Shown piece by piece: positions 29,068-38,579 of a stretch of DNA of 64,000 nt. The notes under the pieces are model-generated. The model searched no databases. It saw only the letters and a program-made list of their open reading frames with translations, and was not told where the DNA came from. The position numbers and the translations under genes are program-made. This stretch comes from a virus: positions 22,799 to 86,798 of the IMG/VR virus record IMGVR_UViG_3300021180_000006, one strand, 5' to 3'. Position 1 is the first letter of the stretch; the number at the start of each line of letters is the position of its first letter.

Positions 29068-30096
29068 ATGAAGAAGAAATGCTGCGTTTGCGGTGATTTT
29101 TTCACGGCATCGAAATTCACGCCGAACGTTCAAATTCTCTGCGCATCTCCGGAATGCAAATCCAAACATAAGCGGAAGCTTGCCGGCTCGGAGTCGAGGG
29201 GGAGCAAAAAGGCATGCGTGATATGCGGGCTGCAATTCAGTTGTTGGACCCGTCTTCAACTGGCATGCTCTTCAAAAAAATGCCAACGAAGTCTACAGGA
29301 TTCTCGCCGAAGAAGCAGAACAGGGCTCATATTAGCGAACAGTAAATGCTCGATTTGCGGTCGGGACTTCAAGACGGCGTCCAAAAATCGCGTGACCTGC
29401 GGCGCCCTGCGGTGCCGGCGTCAATCCGCAATCCGAAGAAGCCGCCTTCTTTCCGGTTGGATTGCCAAAGAACGGCGCTGCGAATCTTGCGGACGCAGTT
29501 TCCATCCTCGCCACCGCGCACATATTTGCTGTAGCAAAGTCTGCATGAATAAATGCCAAGCCCTTCGCGGTTATCTCTCCCGCGGGTGGCATCCGATGAT
29601 GATGCGGTGTCCGTTTTGCGCTAAAGAATTTATGCCGGACACCCGTCGCCGAGTGACGTGCGGCGCACTCGAATGCAAATCTGCTCTTTCACGCCAGAGG
29701 GCAGGCGTTGAGAAACGAGGGAAAAAAGGAATCTGTCGTTTTTGTGGAAAGGATTTTCTCGCTAGAAATCGTCGGCAGATAACATGCGGTAATACCCCCT
29801 GCCGGCGCAAACTTGACGCCAAGGCGCAGCTTTTCAATTGTTCGATCTGTGGAAGGGCGTTCTGGACATCGCGACATGACCGCATTACATGCGGCGACCC
29901 GAAATGTCAGAAAGAACACTGCCTAGCCCGGCATCGAAATAGAGACCCAATCATCCGGATGAAATTGACGCCGCAGGACTTGGAACGCCGGCGTCAAAAA
30001 GCGTATGACAAATATCACGCGAAACATGATAGAGCGAAGATGGACGAACTCCGACGAATGAAACTCATTTTGAAAGGAGCACTGACCAATGCCTGA
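29068..30096 (+). CDS. Multi-zinc-finger protein (7 CxxC..F..CxxxxC repeats)
   Basis: Seven visible Cys repeats; very basic; lower GC. Confidence 0.75.
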   Translation: MKKKCCVCGDFFTASKFTPNVQILCASPECKSKHKRKLAGSESRGSKKACVICGLQFSCWTRLQLACSSKKCQRSLQDSRRRSRTGLILANSKCSICGRDFKTASKNRVTCGALRCRRQSAIRRSRLLSGWIAKERRCESCGRSFHPRHRAHICCSKVCMNKCQALRGYLSRGWHPMMMRCPFCAKEFMPDTRRRVTCGALECKSALSRQRAGVEKRGKKGICRFCGKDFLARNRRQITCGNTPCRRKLDAKAQLFNCSICGRAFWTSRHDRITCGDPKCQKEHCLARHRNRDPIIRMKLTPQDLERRRQKAYDKYHAKHDRAKMDELRRMKLILKGALTNA

Positions 30097-30715
30097 GACA
30101 AAACTGACGACGCGATCGGCTGGACTTCCGAGCTTGGATGATTTCCTCACCAAGTTCGACCGAATGACAAACGAGCAGATCGCCGGTCGAATCACCGAGC
30201 TGCTCGGCATCGACCGCAATGTCGTTCTCGAAATCGCGGCCGGCATCAAAACGATCGAGCTACGCGACCCTAACTCCGAGGAACTTCAACGAGTGAAGGA
30301 GATGACGGGCCTCTTTGAATACTGCCGCCGCGTTGCATTCGACAATCTGTATCCGGACATCATCGTCCGCTTTCATGGTGAGATGCTCCGCTACGTCGCC
30401 GCGCTCACTCGACCAGATCAGGAAAAGGTCTGCGCCAGCGAACGGATGCTCTACGTCGTCATCGAGAACGGCGAGACCAAGAAGACATGGGTTCCCACGA
30501 TGAAGATGCGGACCCGCCACATCCGCCAGATTTTCAATGATCGCAAGATCAACGACGAAGGCGATCAAATCGCCTACGCCCGCGCGAAAATCCCCAACAC
30601 CGGCAAGACAACCAAACCCTACGAAATCCTCAAAGGCGGGACGATCTGCCGGGTTGCAGCCCAAACGGACTGGAACAAATCCGATCTACTGATGATTCTC
30701 GGGCGGATGAAATAG
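30089..30715 (+). CDS. Hypothetical protein
   Basis: AAGGAG SD; coupled to the previous gene. Confidence 0.75.
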   Translation: MPETKLTTRSAGLPSLDDFLTKFDRMTNEQIAGRITELLGIDRNVVLEIAAGIKTIELRDPNSEELQRVKEMTGLFEYCRRVAFDNLYPDIIVRFHGEMLRYVAALTRPDQEKVCASERMLYVVIENGETKKTWVPTMKMRTRHIRQIFNDRKINDEGDQIAYARAKIPNTGKTTKPYEILKGGTICRVAAQTDWNKSDLLMILGRMK

Positions 30716-31051
30716 AAGCACGTCTTCGACCGCCATTTCGGCGTCCCTGTGAAGCAGCGAAAAGTGCTGCCGGAGGAATTCGTTTATTTCCTGAACGGCG
30801 AGCATCATCTTCAATGCCTGAAACGCCAACCGCGCAATCACCCACGCTTGCCTTTCGTCATTGGCACTTCGTGGCGCGGCTGGCAAAAATGCGCCAGCGC
30901 AAGCCGCAGTTTTCACCCTCTCAAAAAGCCAAGAGAATGCACGCCGTTCGCAGAATTGTTGTATCTCGCTTTCGGCTGCGATTCGGCATCCCACGTTGAA
31001 TGGTTGTTCGCAAACCCTTCGACGGTCATGGTCATTCGGGTGATACATCAT
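30686..31051 (-). CDS. Hypothetical protein
   Basis: ATGA-coupled to the HTH gene. Confidence 0.45.
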   Translation of the reverse strand: MMYHPNDHDRRRVCEQPFNVGCRIAAESEIQQFCERRAFSWLFERVKTAACAGAFLPAAPRSANDERQAWVIARLAFQALKMMLAVQEINEFLRQHFSLLHRDAEMAVEDVLLFHPPENHQ

Positions 31052-31245
31052 TTTCCAGATCGCTTGCCCTTCGGCCCGCGCGGGAGCCTCTTGAACTTGG
31101 CAAGCGACGAAGGATAGATCAGCCAGTCCCGCCCCACCTTCTGGGCCTTCAATCGCTTCTCGTCGATGAACTGGCGGACGCGATGCACCCCCACGCCCAA
31201 GAGCTTCCCCGCCTCCGCCGTCGTCAATGAGGGTTTTTCGCCCAT
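31048..31245 (-). CDS. Excisionase/MerR-like HTH protein
   Basis: LTTAEAGKLLGV...VRQFI...RLKAQKVGRDWLI. Confidence 0.85.
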   Translation of the reverse strand: MGEKPSLTTAEAGKLLGVGVHRVRQFIDEKRLKAQKVGRDWLIYPSSLAKFKRLPRGPKGKRSGK

Positions 31246-31257
31246 CGAGGCCCATTC

Positions 31258-31323
31258 TGACCCATGGGTGAGGAAATTGCCAGCCGTTTATAGTCGAAAG
31301 TATCCTTACCCGTGAGTAAGATA
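31258..31323. promoter_or_regulatory. Candidate operators between divergent genes
   Basis: Imperfect palindromes tgacccatgggtga (31258) and ttacccgtgagtaa (31306). Confidence 0.5.
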
Positions 31324-31353
31324 CGGGCGTAAGCGAACAAAAGGAGCTTTCAA

Positions 31354-31539
31354 ATGACTGAAACCAATCGAATCACTGAACTGGATAACGCCCGCAAGCA
31401 AGCCGACGAAGCCAAAAGCCGCGTGGAAAACGCCCGCTACAGCCAGAGCCGCCGCGATGCCTGGGCGGATTACGAATTCTGGACGAGCAAGACCGCGTTC
31501 CTCACCGCGATCGGCGTTCAGGGACAGACGCGAGCGTGA
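31354..31539 (+). CDS. Small hypothetical protein
   Basis: AAGGAG SD; divergent from the HTH gene. Confidence 0.65.
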   Translation: MTETNRITELDNARKQADEAKSRVENARYSQSRRDAWADYEFWTSKTAFLTAIGVQGQTRA

Positions 31540-31541
31540 GC

Positions 31542-32360
31542 CTATGCCAGTTCATACGTCTTCACCGCCCCCGGCGCAATTCCCTCCTCCATCAACGTCG
31601 GCACGTCCAAGCTGAAATCCGCGGGCTGGCCCTTCTTCGTCCAGGCGTCCAGCGCCACGTCGTTACGGTGATGGGCCACGATGCACAGGGTCTTGCCGGG
31701 ATAGTTCGCGTGGATGTTCGTCATCTCGTCCAGAAACCGGCTCTTGAAATCGTTGAACGATTCGCCGCCGGGAATCTTCTCGTCCGGGTGCTCGATGAAA
31801 TAGCGCAGCTTGGGCAAGACGCTCTTGGATTCCACCCCCTGGAAAATCCCCGCATTCAACGGCCGCAGCGCCTGCGTCGAATAGAGGATCGGCGCCCCGG
31901 TCGCTTGGGCGATTTCCCCTGCCGTTTCGCGGGCTCGCCCCAGATCGGAGCTGATGATCCCGTCCAGAGGCGTATCCGCAAGCTGCTGACCCACGGCGAT
32001 GGCCGCGGCTTTGCCCTTGGGCGAAAGCGGAACGTCCACCCAGCCGCGAATCTTGTCCCCGTCCTCGTTCAGTTGAGTATCGCCATGACGGACGAAGACC
32101 AGCTTGGTGGGTTGCGAGGCAGGGGGGGTCACGGATTCCTCGTTGTGGAGAAGGGCCAATCCCCGCGAGGCTTCGACGGCACGCAGAGTCACCGCCGGAT
32201 CGCTGCGATCGACTAAAGTCCGGTCGCGCTCGAAGTCCGCGCGCCAGATGGAGACGGGGATCATCTCCTGCCTCTGCCGGGCATTCTCAGCCAGGACAGC
32301 GGAGACGGCCGCGGAAACGGCGATGGCGACCACATCGGGATCGAATGGGTTGGGCATCAT
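31542..32360 (-). CDS. Histidine phosphatase (PGM-like)
   Basis: FVRHGDT, DVPLS, SSDL.RA.ETA, PGGES, IVAH. Confidence 0.92.
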   Translation of the reverse strand: MMPNPFDPDVVAIAVSAAVSAVLAENARQRQEMIPVSIWRADFERDRTLVDRSDPAVTLRAVEASRGLALLHNEESVTPPASQPTKLVFVRHGDTQLNEDGDKIRGWVDVPLSPKGKAAAIAVGQQLADTPLDGIISSDLGRARETAGEIAQATGAPILYSTQALRPLNAGIFQGVESKSVLPKLRYFIEHPDEKIPGGESFNDFKSRFLDEMTNIHANYPGKTLCIVAHHRNDVALDAWTKKGQPADFSLDVPTLMEEGIAPGAVKTYELA

Positions 32361-32369
32361 TGATTTCCA

Positions 32370-32430
32370 AAGGTGGCGGGAAGGTGGCGGGGAAGGTGGC
32401 GGAAGGTGGCGGAAGGTGGCGGAAGGTAGC
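32370..32430. repeat. Tandem 10-mer GGAAGGTGGC, about 6 copies
   Basis: Read directly from the sequence. Confidence 0.9.
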
Positions 32431-32432
32431 CT

Positions 32433-32795
32433 TTATCCCATCGCTGCTTCGGCGTGAATCGTCCAGCCCCCCAGGTCCTGACTGATGATGGCGGTGATGC
32501 GGAAAGTCGTCGGGGTATCTTGAATCTGCCAGGGACCGACCAGCTTGTCGCCACGCTCCGGCCGGGTGGTCAATCCTCCGGCGGGACTTGCGGCGATGAA
32601 CATGGAGACCATCTTCACCCGGTACTTCTGCCCCTCTTTGATGACCTCGGGCTGATGGCGATCGACGACCGGAGTGATGTTGATCGAAGGCTGTACGACT
32701 CCCCCGACCGGCTTGGGCGTGTAGACCCAGGGCTCGCCGAAATCCAGGAGCATGGCCGCAGCGTCGGCGCCGAGTGCTGTATCGAGGGAGCCCAT
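32433..32795 (-). CDS. Head-tail joining protein
   Basis: FGEP..YTP, VVDR and GDKL pattern; size and position. Confidence 0.7.
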   Translation of the reverse strand: MGSLDTALGADAAAMLLDFGEPWVYTPKPVGGVVQPSINITPVVDRHQPEVIKEGQKYRVKMVSMFIAASPAGGLTTRPERGDKLVGPWQIQDTPTTFRITAIISQDLGGWTIHAEAAMG

Positions 32796-32865
32796 CAGTT
32801 AAAACTCGAAACTCGAATGACGAATGACGAAACCGGAGCGCTACACGTAGCGCTACACGACGCAT

Positions 32866-33408
32866 CTAACCGTGGTGCCGGAAAAGACTTACGCCGCGGG
32901 CATTTAGCCAGGGGGTGAGCAGGTTCTCGAAGATGTTCCGCTCCAGCCGCCAGCGTTCCGGGCTGCGATTGCCGCCGGCCTTCACCCCGTCAAAGTCCGC
33001 CTCACCCTGCCAGTCGGCACCGAAGACCTCGATGCGCTTGCACCCGATGAACTCGGCATAGACACAGGCGGCGATGGCGGTGAAGACGCGCCACTGCGGA
33101 ACCCCGCCTGCCCCTTGGCAATGAGGATCGAGGCTCTCGAAGCTGGGGAGTACCCGCCAGGGCCAGGGCTTGTCGGTCTGTCTCAGATGCTCGATCGCGC
33201 CTTCGGTGGTCAACAGCTCGGGCATGCCGCGGACGTGGGCGCGTTCGGCTTCGATCAGCGGATAGTCTCCGGCGGCCCAGACATCGGCCGGGAAGAACGC
33301 GCTCGCGCGGTTGACGGCGATCACGATGACATCGGCGCCGAAGCCAATCGGGGACGTGGCAGATAGTGACGTACCGGGGCAGAGGATGGCGGCGGTGGGG
33401 GGGTTCAT
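32866..33408 (-). CDS. Maf/sialyltransferase-like (DUF115-type) protein
   Basis: ILCPGTSL, IAVN, A..IGCKRIEVFGAD. Confidence 0.6.
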   Translation of the reverse strand: MNPPTAAILCPGTSLSATSPIGFGADVIVIAVNRASAFFPADVWAAGDYPLIEAERAHVRGMPELLTTEGAIEHLRQTDKPWPWRVLPSFESLDPHCQGAGGVPQWRVFTAIAACVYAEFIGCKRIEVFGADWQGEADFDGVKAGGNRSPERWRLERNIFENLLTPWLNARGVSLFRHHG

Positions 33409-33980
33409 GGTGCGAAGTAGTGGTAAACCGGCCCCTCCAGAAACACCTCGCTCTTGAGCAGCGGGCGCAATCGGTGCGAGTAATCCCGGTCCTCCCCGTG
33501 CGTCAAAGGCTTGAATCCCGTTGCGATGGCCAGCTCGGTCTTCACCGGGTTCAGATGATTCGGTGGCCGGAAGTAGGTCTTGCTCCCCGGAGGCCCGGTT
33601 TCAAACCAGCGCGAATACTGCATCGAATGAATGAATGTTTCGGGCTTGGCCGGCGCCGGTCGCACGAGAAGACCTTCCAGCCCCACCACATCGGGATTCT
33701 CCTGGAGCGCAGTCAGAATCCGCGGGCAATAGTCGTCGGTCACCAGGTCGTCGTCGTCGATGAACGAGCAGTAGGGGATCGACCATTCTTGCGGACCGCG
33801 GAGCAATTCGTTGCGCTTCTGGCCCACCGGTTTTTCCCCGGCGTCGGTGTGGATGAAGATCGATATCTCGGTGATCGAGCACTGCGCTGAGAGGCGGTCC
33901 ATCAGGCGCTGGAGCTGCCCGACGCGATGGTTCAGATGGCAGATCAGGATCGCCAGGCGGGGCATGCGGGCATGCGCCAA
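33405..33980 (-). CDS. GT2 glycosyltransferase
   Basis: VGQKRN, FIDDDD, PNHLNP, GED. Confidence 0.88.
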   Translation of the reverse strand: MAHARMPRLAILICHLNHRVGQLQRLMDRLSAQCSITEISIFIHTDAGEKPVGQKRNELLRGPQEWSIPYCSFIDDDDLVTDDYCPRILTALQENPDVVGLEGLLVRPAPAKPETFIHSMQYSRWFETGPPGSKTYFRPPNHLNPVKTELAIATGFKPLTHGEDRDYSHRLRPLLKSEVFLEGPVYHYFAP

Positions 33981-33983
33981 AAG

Positions 33984-34562
33984 TCAGAGGGGGAGACGGG
34001 GAGACACGGGGACACGGAGACAGCGTTTGTGTAGCGCCCGGCGCACCATGTCTTTGACGACCGAGGGGTGGACGCAGCCCGGCGGGGAAGGCAGGTGCAG
34101 CTTGCCGTAATCCGCCGCAACTTCGTCCGCGATTTCTTCGATCTGTTCGGCGATTTCAGCCTTTTCTTTTTCGGTCAAGGCCGCGCGTCCGAACTGTTCC
34201 CCCCCGCGGTTGATCGCCTCGCGAATGCCCCGCGTGAAGGCGTCCAGCTCCTCGTAAGGACCGCCGCCGCGTGGGCCTGCGTTGCGGATTTCGGGTTCCA
34301 GCCCGGCGAAATAGTCGAGCGTCTGGCCGTTCCGGCACTGGCAGTCCTTGACGACGATCGTCCCCTGCGGCGGCGTTTGGAGCGTCATGTCGCGGGTGCA
34401 TAACGGCTCGTCCCCATCGCGGAGTGAGTCGTCGATTTCCGGCGGCGATGGGACAACGCCCGGCGCCAGATCGCGCACCTCTCCCGTCCCCGCGCAGCGC
34501 TCGCACTTGCGCGTATGCAACAGCGTGATGGCGCCTTTACCTTGGCAGTCGGGACAGATCAT
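33984..34562 (-). CDS. Hypothetical protein with a DnaJ-type zinc finger
   Basis: CPDCQGKG..CERCAGTG. Confidence 0.6.
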   Translation of the reverse strand: MICPDCQGKGAITLLHTRKCERCAGTGEVRDLAPGVVPSPPEIDDSLRDGDEPLCTRDMTLQTPPQGTIVVKDCQCRNGQTLDYFAGLEPEIRNAGPRGGGPYEELDAFTRGIREAINRGGEQFGRAALTEKEKAEIAEQIEEIADEVAADYGKLHLPSPPGCVHPSVVKDMVRRALHKRCLRVPVSPRLPL

Positions 34563-34823
34563 GACTGATCCTTTCTCGCACACGTTTCATTGTCCACGGC
34601 GCGATCCCCCGTTCGCCCCCGTTGTGTTCGGCCGTCATCAGAATCCAGTGAATCCGCAGCGCCCCGATGGTCATCAAGAGGGAGGCGCGGAGCGCTTGCC
34701 GTCGTGAAATCGTTGACGGTCCCCAAGGCGTTGCGGCGCGAAGAAAACGGTAATGGCTGATCGCGAGTGCCGGCATCCGCAGGATGAAATCGGGCCAGCG
34801 CCGCGGCGTGAGTTTGAACGGCT

Positions 34824-35057
34824 TCATGCGTTCAGTATCTCCAGACAGGTGCGTACCGACACGTGCTCCTCGATCTGGCGCGGTTCGGTCACGGCAAAGC
34901 CGGCCAGGCGGTAATCGTGCAGGCGGCTCGTCAGCGTGCGGAGGGAAATATCCAGGCTCCGCGCCGTCATCGTGCGATGGCCCTCCAGCGCCGCCAGACG
35001 ATCGAGGATCGCCGCCCGTTCGATCTCGGCTAACGTGGGCTCGATCACGGCTGACAT
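34824..35057 (-). CDS. Stand-alone Fis-family HTH protein
   Basis: TLAEIERAAI...GHRT.TA..L.IS.RTL..RL..Y. Confidence 0.85.
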   Translation of the reverse strand: MSAVIEPTLAEIERAAILDRLAALEGHRTMTARSLDISLRTLTSRLHDYRLAGFAVTEPRQIEEHVSVRTCLEILNA

Positions 35058-35815
35058 AGTGCCGCCTCGACGCAGCTCCTGAAAGTCAATTCGCTCGTGA
35101 GTCGCCGGTAGTTCGTCTCCCCATCCCCGTTCTGCATCGCCTCTTTCAACCGCTCCAGGGGATAAACATCGTAGGGATAAAAGTCGTGACAGAACTCCGA
35201 CACCAGCGGCAGTTTCCAGCAGGAGAACAGCGTAAATCTCAGAGGTTCCAGCAGAAACAAATTATCTTGATGGAGGCACAATCCCACCCGTGAAGTCGCA
35301 AGCTGCTCGTCGCGTTCTTTGCCCCAGCAGGCGTTGCCGATGACGATCCCGGCGCGCTGGAGTTCCTGCACGATATGGTCGCGGCGGCCGTAGATGTAGG
35401 CTTGATGGGTGGCGTCGTATTGGAACGTGCTCGAGCGCTCGCCGCCCAGCCCCGCATGACCGCCCATGGGGACGTAGCGGACTCTGGGATTGTCCTTGAA
35501 CTGTCCCGCCAGCCAGCGGTCGCTGATCCATACCTCGTCGAATTTCTCGGGGATGAAACCCGCCAGTCCGTTGATGGGCCGCTCCAGCATCCAGGCGATC
35601 ATGCGGCAGCGCTTGACGCGCCGGGCCGCCGCCACTGCCAGCGCGTTTCCATTCGTCGGAGCCAGGACATAAACCGTCGGGTCCGGAGGGAAGTGATTGA
35701 TCTCCGACATTTCGCAGCGGGGAAAGCCCGACAGGTCGATCAGCTTGTGGTAATCCGAATAGCTGTCATACGTCTTACCCTCGTCGTTGCGGAGTGTGAC
35801 AAAGCGGATGTTCAT
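35045..35815 (-). CDS. GT-B-like glycosyltransferase
   Basis: WG.ERD..L..S...L.LHQ..EPLRF..LPLVSE. Confidence 0.65.
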   Translation of the reverse strand: MNIRFVTLRNDEGKTYDSYSDYHKLIDLSGFPRCEMSEINHFPPDPTVYVLAPTNGNALAVAAARRVKRCRMIAWMLERPINGLAGFIPEKFDEVWISDRWLAGQFKDNPRVRYVPMGGHAGLGGERSSTFQYDATHQAYIYGRRDHIVQELQRAGIVIGNACWGKERDEQLATSRVGLCLHQDNLFLLEPLRFTLFSCWKLPLVSEFCHDFYPYDVYPLERLKEAMQNGDGETNYRRLTSELTFRSCVEAALCQP

Positions 35816-35829
35816 CGGAGTCACTCCCC

Positions 35830-36159
35830 TCATTTGCAGTGTGACAGCACGGACGCCGCTTGTTTCTGAGTCAGGACTTTGCGCTTGAACGCCTTGAGGG
35901 CTTCTTCATTCGTGTCGTAGAAGGACCGGGCCAGGAGCAGATTGTAAGCCTCTTTCTTGTGCTCCAGGGACAGCGGGCGACCGGCCATGTACTCGGTATA
36001 AGCCTTGGCGATCAACTCCCACACATAGATTTCCCCATCGACGCCAAACAGGTCTTTTTTGAAATTGGCGATCACCTGCTCATCGGTGAATCCGTCCACT
36101 TCCGCGAGCTTGGCGTGGAATTGTTTGATGCGGTCTATTTGCGAAACGGTGAGGCTCAT
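35830..36159 (-). CDS. Hypothetical protein
   Basis: ATGA-coupled ORF. Confidence 0.6.
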   Translation of the reverse strand: MSLTVSQIDRIKQFHAKLAEVDGFTDEQVIANFKKDLFGVDGEIYVWELIAKAYTEYMAGRPLSLEHKKEAYNLLLARSFYDTNEEALKAFKRKVLTQKQAASVLSHCK

Positions 36160-36689
36160 TGCTTCTCCGGCCAGCGCATCCACGGATGAAGATAAGTCAC
36201 GATCCCCTCTTTCACCATCTCGTCGATCGCCTTGTGGCAGCCGGCGCAGTAACGGTAGTCATCCACCAGCGCCATGGCGCCCGGGAGCATGCGCTTGGCC
36301 AGCCATTCACAGACGAAGCGGTAGGAGGAATACCAGTCGCAATCGAGATACACGAACGCGAACTTCACCTCAGGGTCGAACTCCGGCAGCGTCTTCTGGA
36401 ACGTCCCTTTGACGCAGATGACGTTGTGATACTCGGCCAGGTGCTCGATCACATGATCGCTCCTGAACTGGCCCGGTGGATTGTCCTGATCCAGCCAGGG
36501 ATCATAAGGGGCGTCATACGGCATGCCCTCGAAGGTGTCGAAGGCGTAGACCGTCCGTCCATAGCCAGCGAGCTGCACCGTCGAGCCGCCTTCAAACACG
36601 CCGAATTCCGCGATCGGTCCCGGCGGCACCTTGGGGATCATCTGCGAGAAATCCGCTGAGTGGGAAATGATCGGCGCGGGGGTGTACAT
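36156..36689 (-). CDS. TylF/MycF-family sugar O-methyltransferase
   Basis: AEFGVFEGGS, FDTFEGMP, FAFVYLDCDWYSS, VDDY. Confidence 0.9.
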   Translation of the reverse strand: MYTPAPIISHSADFSQMIPKVPPGPIAEFGVFEGGSTVQLAGYGRTVYAFDTFEGMPYDAPYDPWLDQDNPPGQFRSDHVIEHLAEYHNVICVKGTFQKTLPEFDPEVKFAFVYLDCDWYSSYRFVCEWLAKRMLPGAMALVDDYRYCAGCHKAIDEMVKEGIVTYLHPWMRWPEKQ

Positions 36690-36694
36690 GGAGG

Positions 36695-36800
36695 AAAGAG
36701 AGAGGGGGAGTGGGTGAGGGGGAGAGGGGGGTGACGGGGGAAAGCCTAGCTTTGCTTTTCTCCCACTCGCCCACTCGCCCCCTCTCCCCCTCCTCCCGCC
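36695..36800. repeat. G/A-rich and C/T-rich inverted octamer-like array
   Basis: Read directly; overlaps the 3' end of a GT gene. Confidence 0.7.
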
Positions 36801-37483
36801 TCCGGCCGCAACGGCTCAAACCCCTCGGGCAGCGCGACATCCGGCGGCGGGGGCAATTCCCGCTCGACTTTCCTGCCCAGGTTCTCCCACTGCCGCTGGA
36901 AGTGATAGGCGTAGGAGCCGATCCGCGCGAAGCGGCAGCCCTCGTTGAAGACCTTCACCTTGAAATCGGCGTCGTTGTCGTGCGGGAACGGGATCTTGTC
37001 GGGCAGCCCGCCCTTCTCGAGAAACCAGCTTTTGCGGAAGGCCGAGGGGCTGTACCAGCCGAAAATGTCCAGCTCGATCGAGGACCGGCCGGCGTTGTCG
37101 ACGGCGCAGAAGTGCTCGAAGCCGGGGCGATCGAAACTCGTGGCGGTGCGGCCGAAGTTGGCCCCGATGTTCGAGCCCGCCACCCCGATGGCGCCGCACT
37201 CGACCAGTCGCAGACAGAGCCAGTCGGCATCGTTGATGTGCCGGCGGATATTCTCGTCCCAGCCGGGGGCATAGACGATATCGGAGTTGTCCCAGAGGAG
37301 AATGTCGTACTTAGCGCGTTTGGCCAGCCAGTTCCATGCCGGATAAACATCATCGGGCGTGGTGCCCACGACGTAGAGCAACTGGTAGGGACAGCAGGTA
37401 TTGTCCGCCAGCATCTGGCGTTTGAGTTCCAGGCAGGCGTTGTTCTCCGGGCTGTCGTGATGGGGGAAGATCAGGGAGATCAT
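36746..37483 (-). CDS. GT2-like glycosyltransferase
   Basis: AWN...AKYD.LL.DNSD; D.DF; YHFQ. Confidence 0.8.
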   Translation of the reverse strand: MISLIFPHHDSPENNACLELKRQMLADNTCCPYQLLYVVGTTPDDVYPAWNWLAKRAKYDILLWDNSDIVYAPGWDENIRRHINDADWLCLRLVECGAIGVAGSNIGANFGRTATSFDRPGFEHFCAVDNAGRSSIELDIFGWYSPSAFRKSWFLEKGGLPDKIPFPHDNDADFKVKVFNEGCRFARIGSYAYHFQRQWENLGRKVERELPPPPDVALPEGFEPLRPEAGGGGEGASGRVGEKQS

Positions 37484-37509
37484 TGTAATAATGGCGATAG
37501 GAGATCGGC

Positions 37510-37986
37510 ATGGTCACAACAGTTACAACGCGAAATCACATCCCGGGCGATTTGGTGGAAGACAAAACCGTGGAAGATCAAGAAGTACTGTTGGATGTCG
37601 ATGACATCACGAACGTCCACTTCATCGCAAGCATGAGCGGTGCCTACTGGCTTTCGGAGATGCGCAACGGGCAGAAATATCTAATCGTGCCCGATGCCGA
37701 CAATCACATTCTCCGGAAAGCGGTGCGAAAATTCATGTCCGATCTGATGATTATGGAGGCCGTCGCGCAAAAAGTTGGCTTCTACCACGTTCGCCAGGAT
37801 GGCATACGATTCACCGGTTGCTTCTGGAGAAAAGACATTGAGCGCCATGACCAACCAAAGGAACTGCCAGCACTTCCGCAATCTGCCTTCGATAAAATCA
37901 GAGACGTTGGGCTCGATGAGGCGTGGCCTGAAATCGAGCCACTCGTTGTCGGCTGGAGGGCCAAGCAACTTCCCGAACGCCCATGA
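37510..37986 (+). CDS. Hypothetical inserted gene
   Basis: AGGAG SD; lower GC; antisense to the late arm. Confidence 0.65.
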   Translation: MVTTVTTRNHIPGDLVEDKTVEDQEVLLDVDDITNVHFIASMSGAYWLSEMRNGQKYLIVPDADNHILRKAVRKFMSDLMIMEAVAQKVGFYHVRQDGIRFTGCFWRKDIERHDQPKELPALPQSAFDKIRDVGLDEAWPEIEPLVVGWRAKQLPERP

Positions 37987-37988
37987 AC

Positions 37989-38579
37989 CTACAGAATCAG
38001 CACTCCGATTCCGCAGCCCGTGTTCGGATCGTCGTGAATGAACTCGATCGTCTTGCCGGGATTCTCCTGTTTCAACTCGTTCCAGTGCTCCGCCGCGCCG
38101 TCGCACATGCGCAGGCCGCAGATGTCATGGAAGGCGATCAGCTTCGGGAGGAGCATCAGGGCGTTGCGGTAATCGCTTTCGATCGAGCGGTAGGAATGAT
38201 CGGCGTCGATCCATACCAGATCGGCCTGGCTCACGGTCGAGTTCATGAACAGCCGGAAATTCACCGACTGGCTGTCGCCGATGAACAGGCGGATGCCCTC
38301 ACCTTTGCCGAAGCCTGGTGCGATTCCGGTAGGAGCGCGGAGGTCGGCGCCGAAGCATTCCCAGGCGAAGGTGTCGTGGAAGAACTGGATCAATCCCCCG
38401 GTGGAGACGCCGATTTCCAGGTAGCGCTTGATCCCGCGGCCTTCCACCCATTGGCAGAAGTTGGCCAGTTCAAGGGGATTCTGCTCGATGGTGTACGGTC
38501 CGGGGAAGGCCGGGTCGATCGCCGGGAGGATTCCGCGGGCGGTGATTTCGGAGAAGTAGTCCAGGATCGGCTCGACTAT
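37989..38579 (-). CDS. Class I SAM methyltransferase (Methyltransf_24-like); start codon unclear
   Basis: YLEIGVSTGG, IGDS, WIDADHSY, FHDI; coding-like frame extends upstream of the GTG at 38447 to an ATA at 38579. Confidence 0.8.
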   Translation of the reverse strand: MVEPILDYFSEITARGILPAIDPAFPGPYTIEQNPLELANFCQWVEGRGIKRYLEIGVSTGGLIQFFHDTFAWECFGADLRAPTGIAPGFGKGEGIRLFIGDSQSVNFRLFMNSTVSQADLVWIDADHSYRSIESDYRNALMLLPKLIAFHDICGLRMCDGAAEHWNELKQENPGKTIEFIHDDPNTGCGIGVLIL

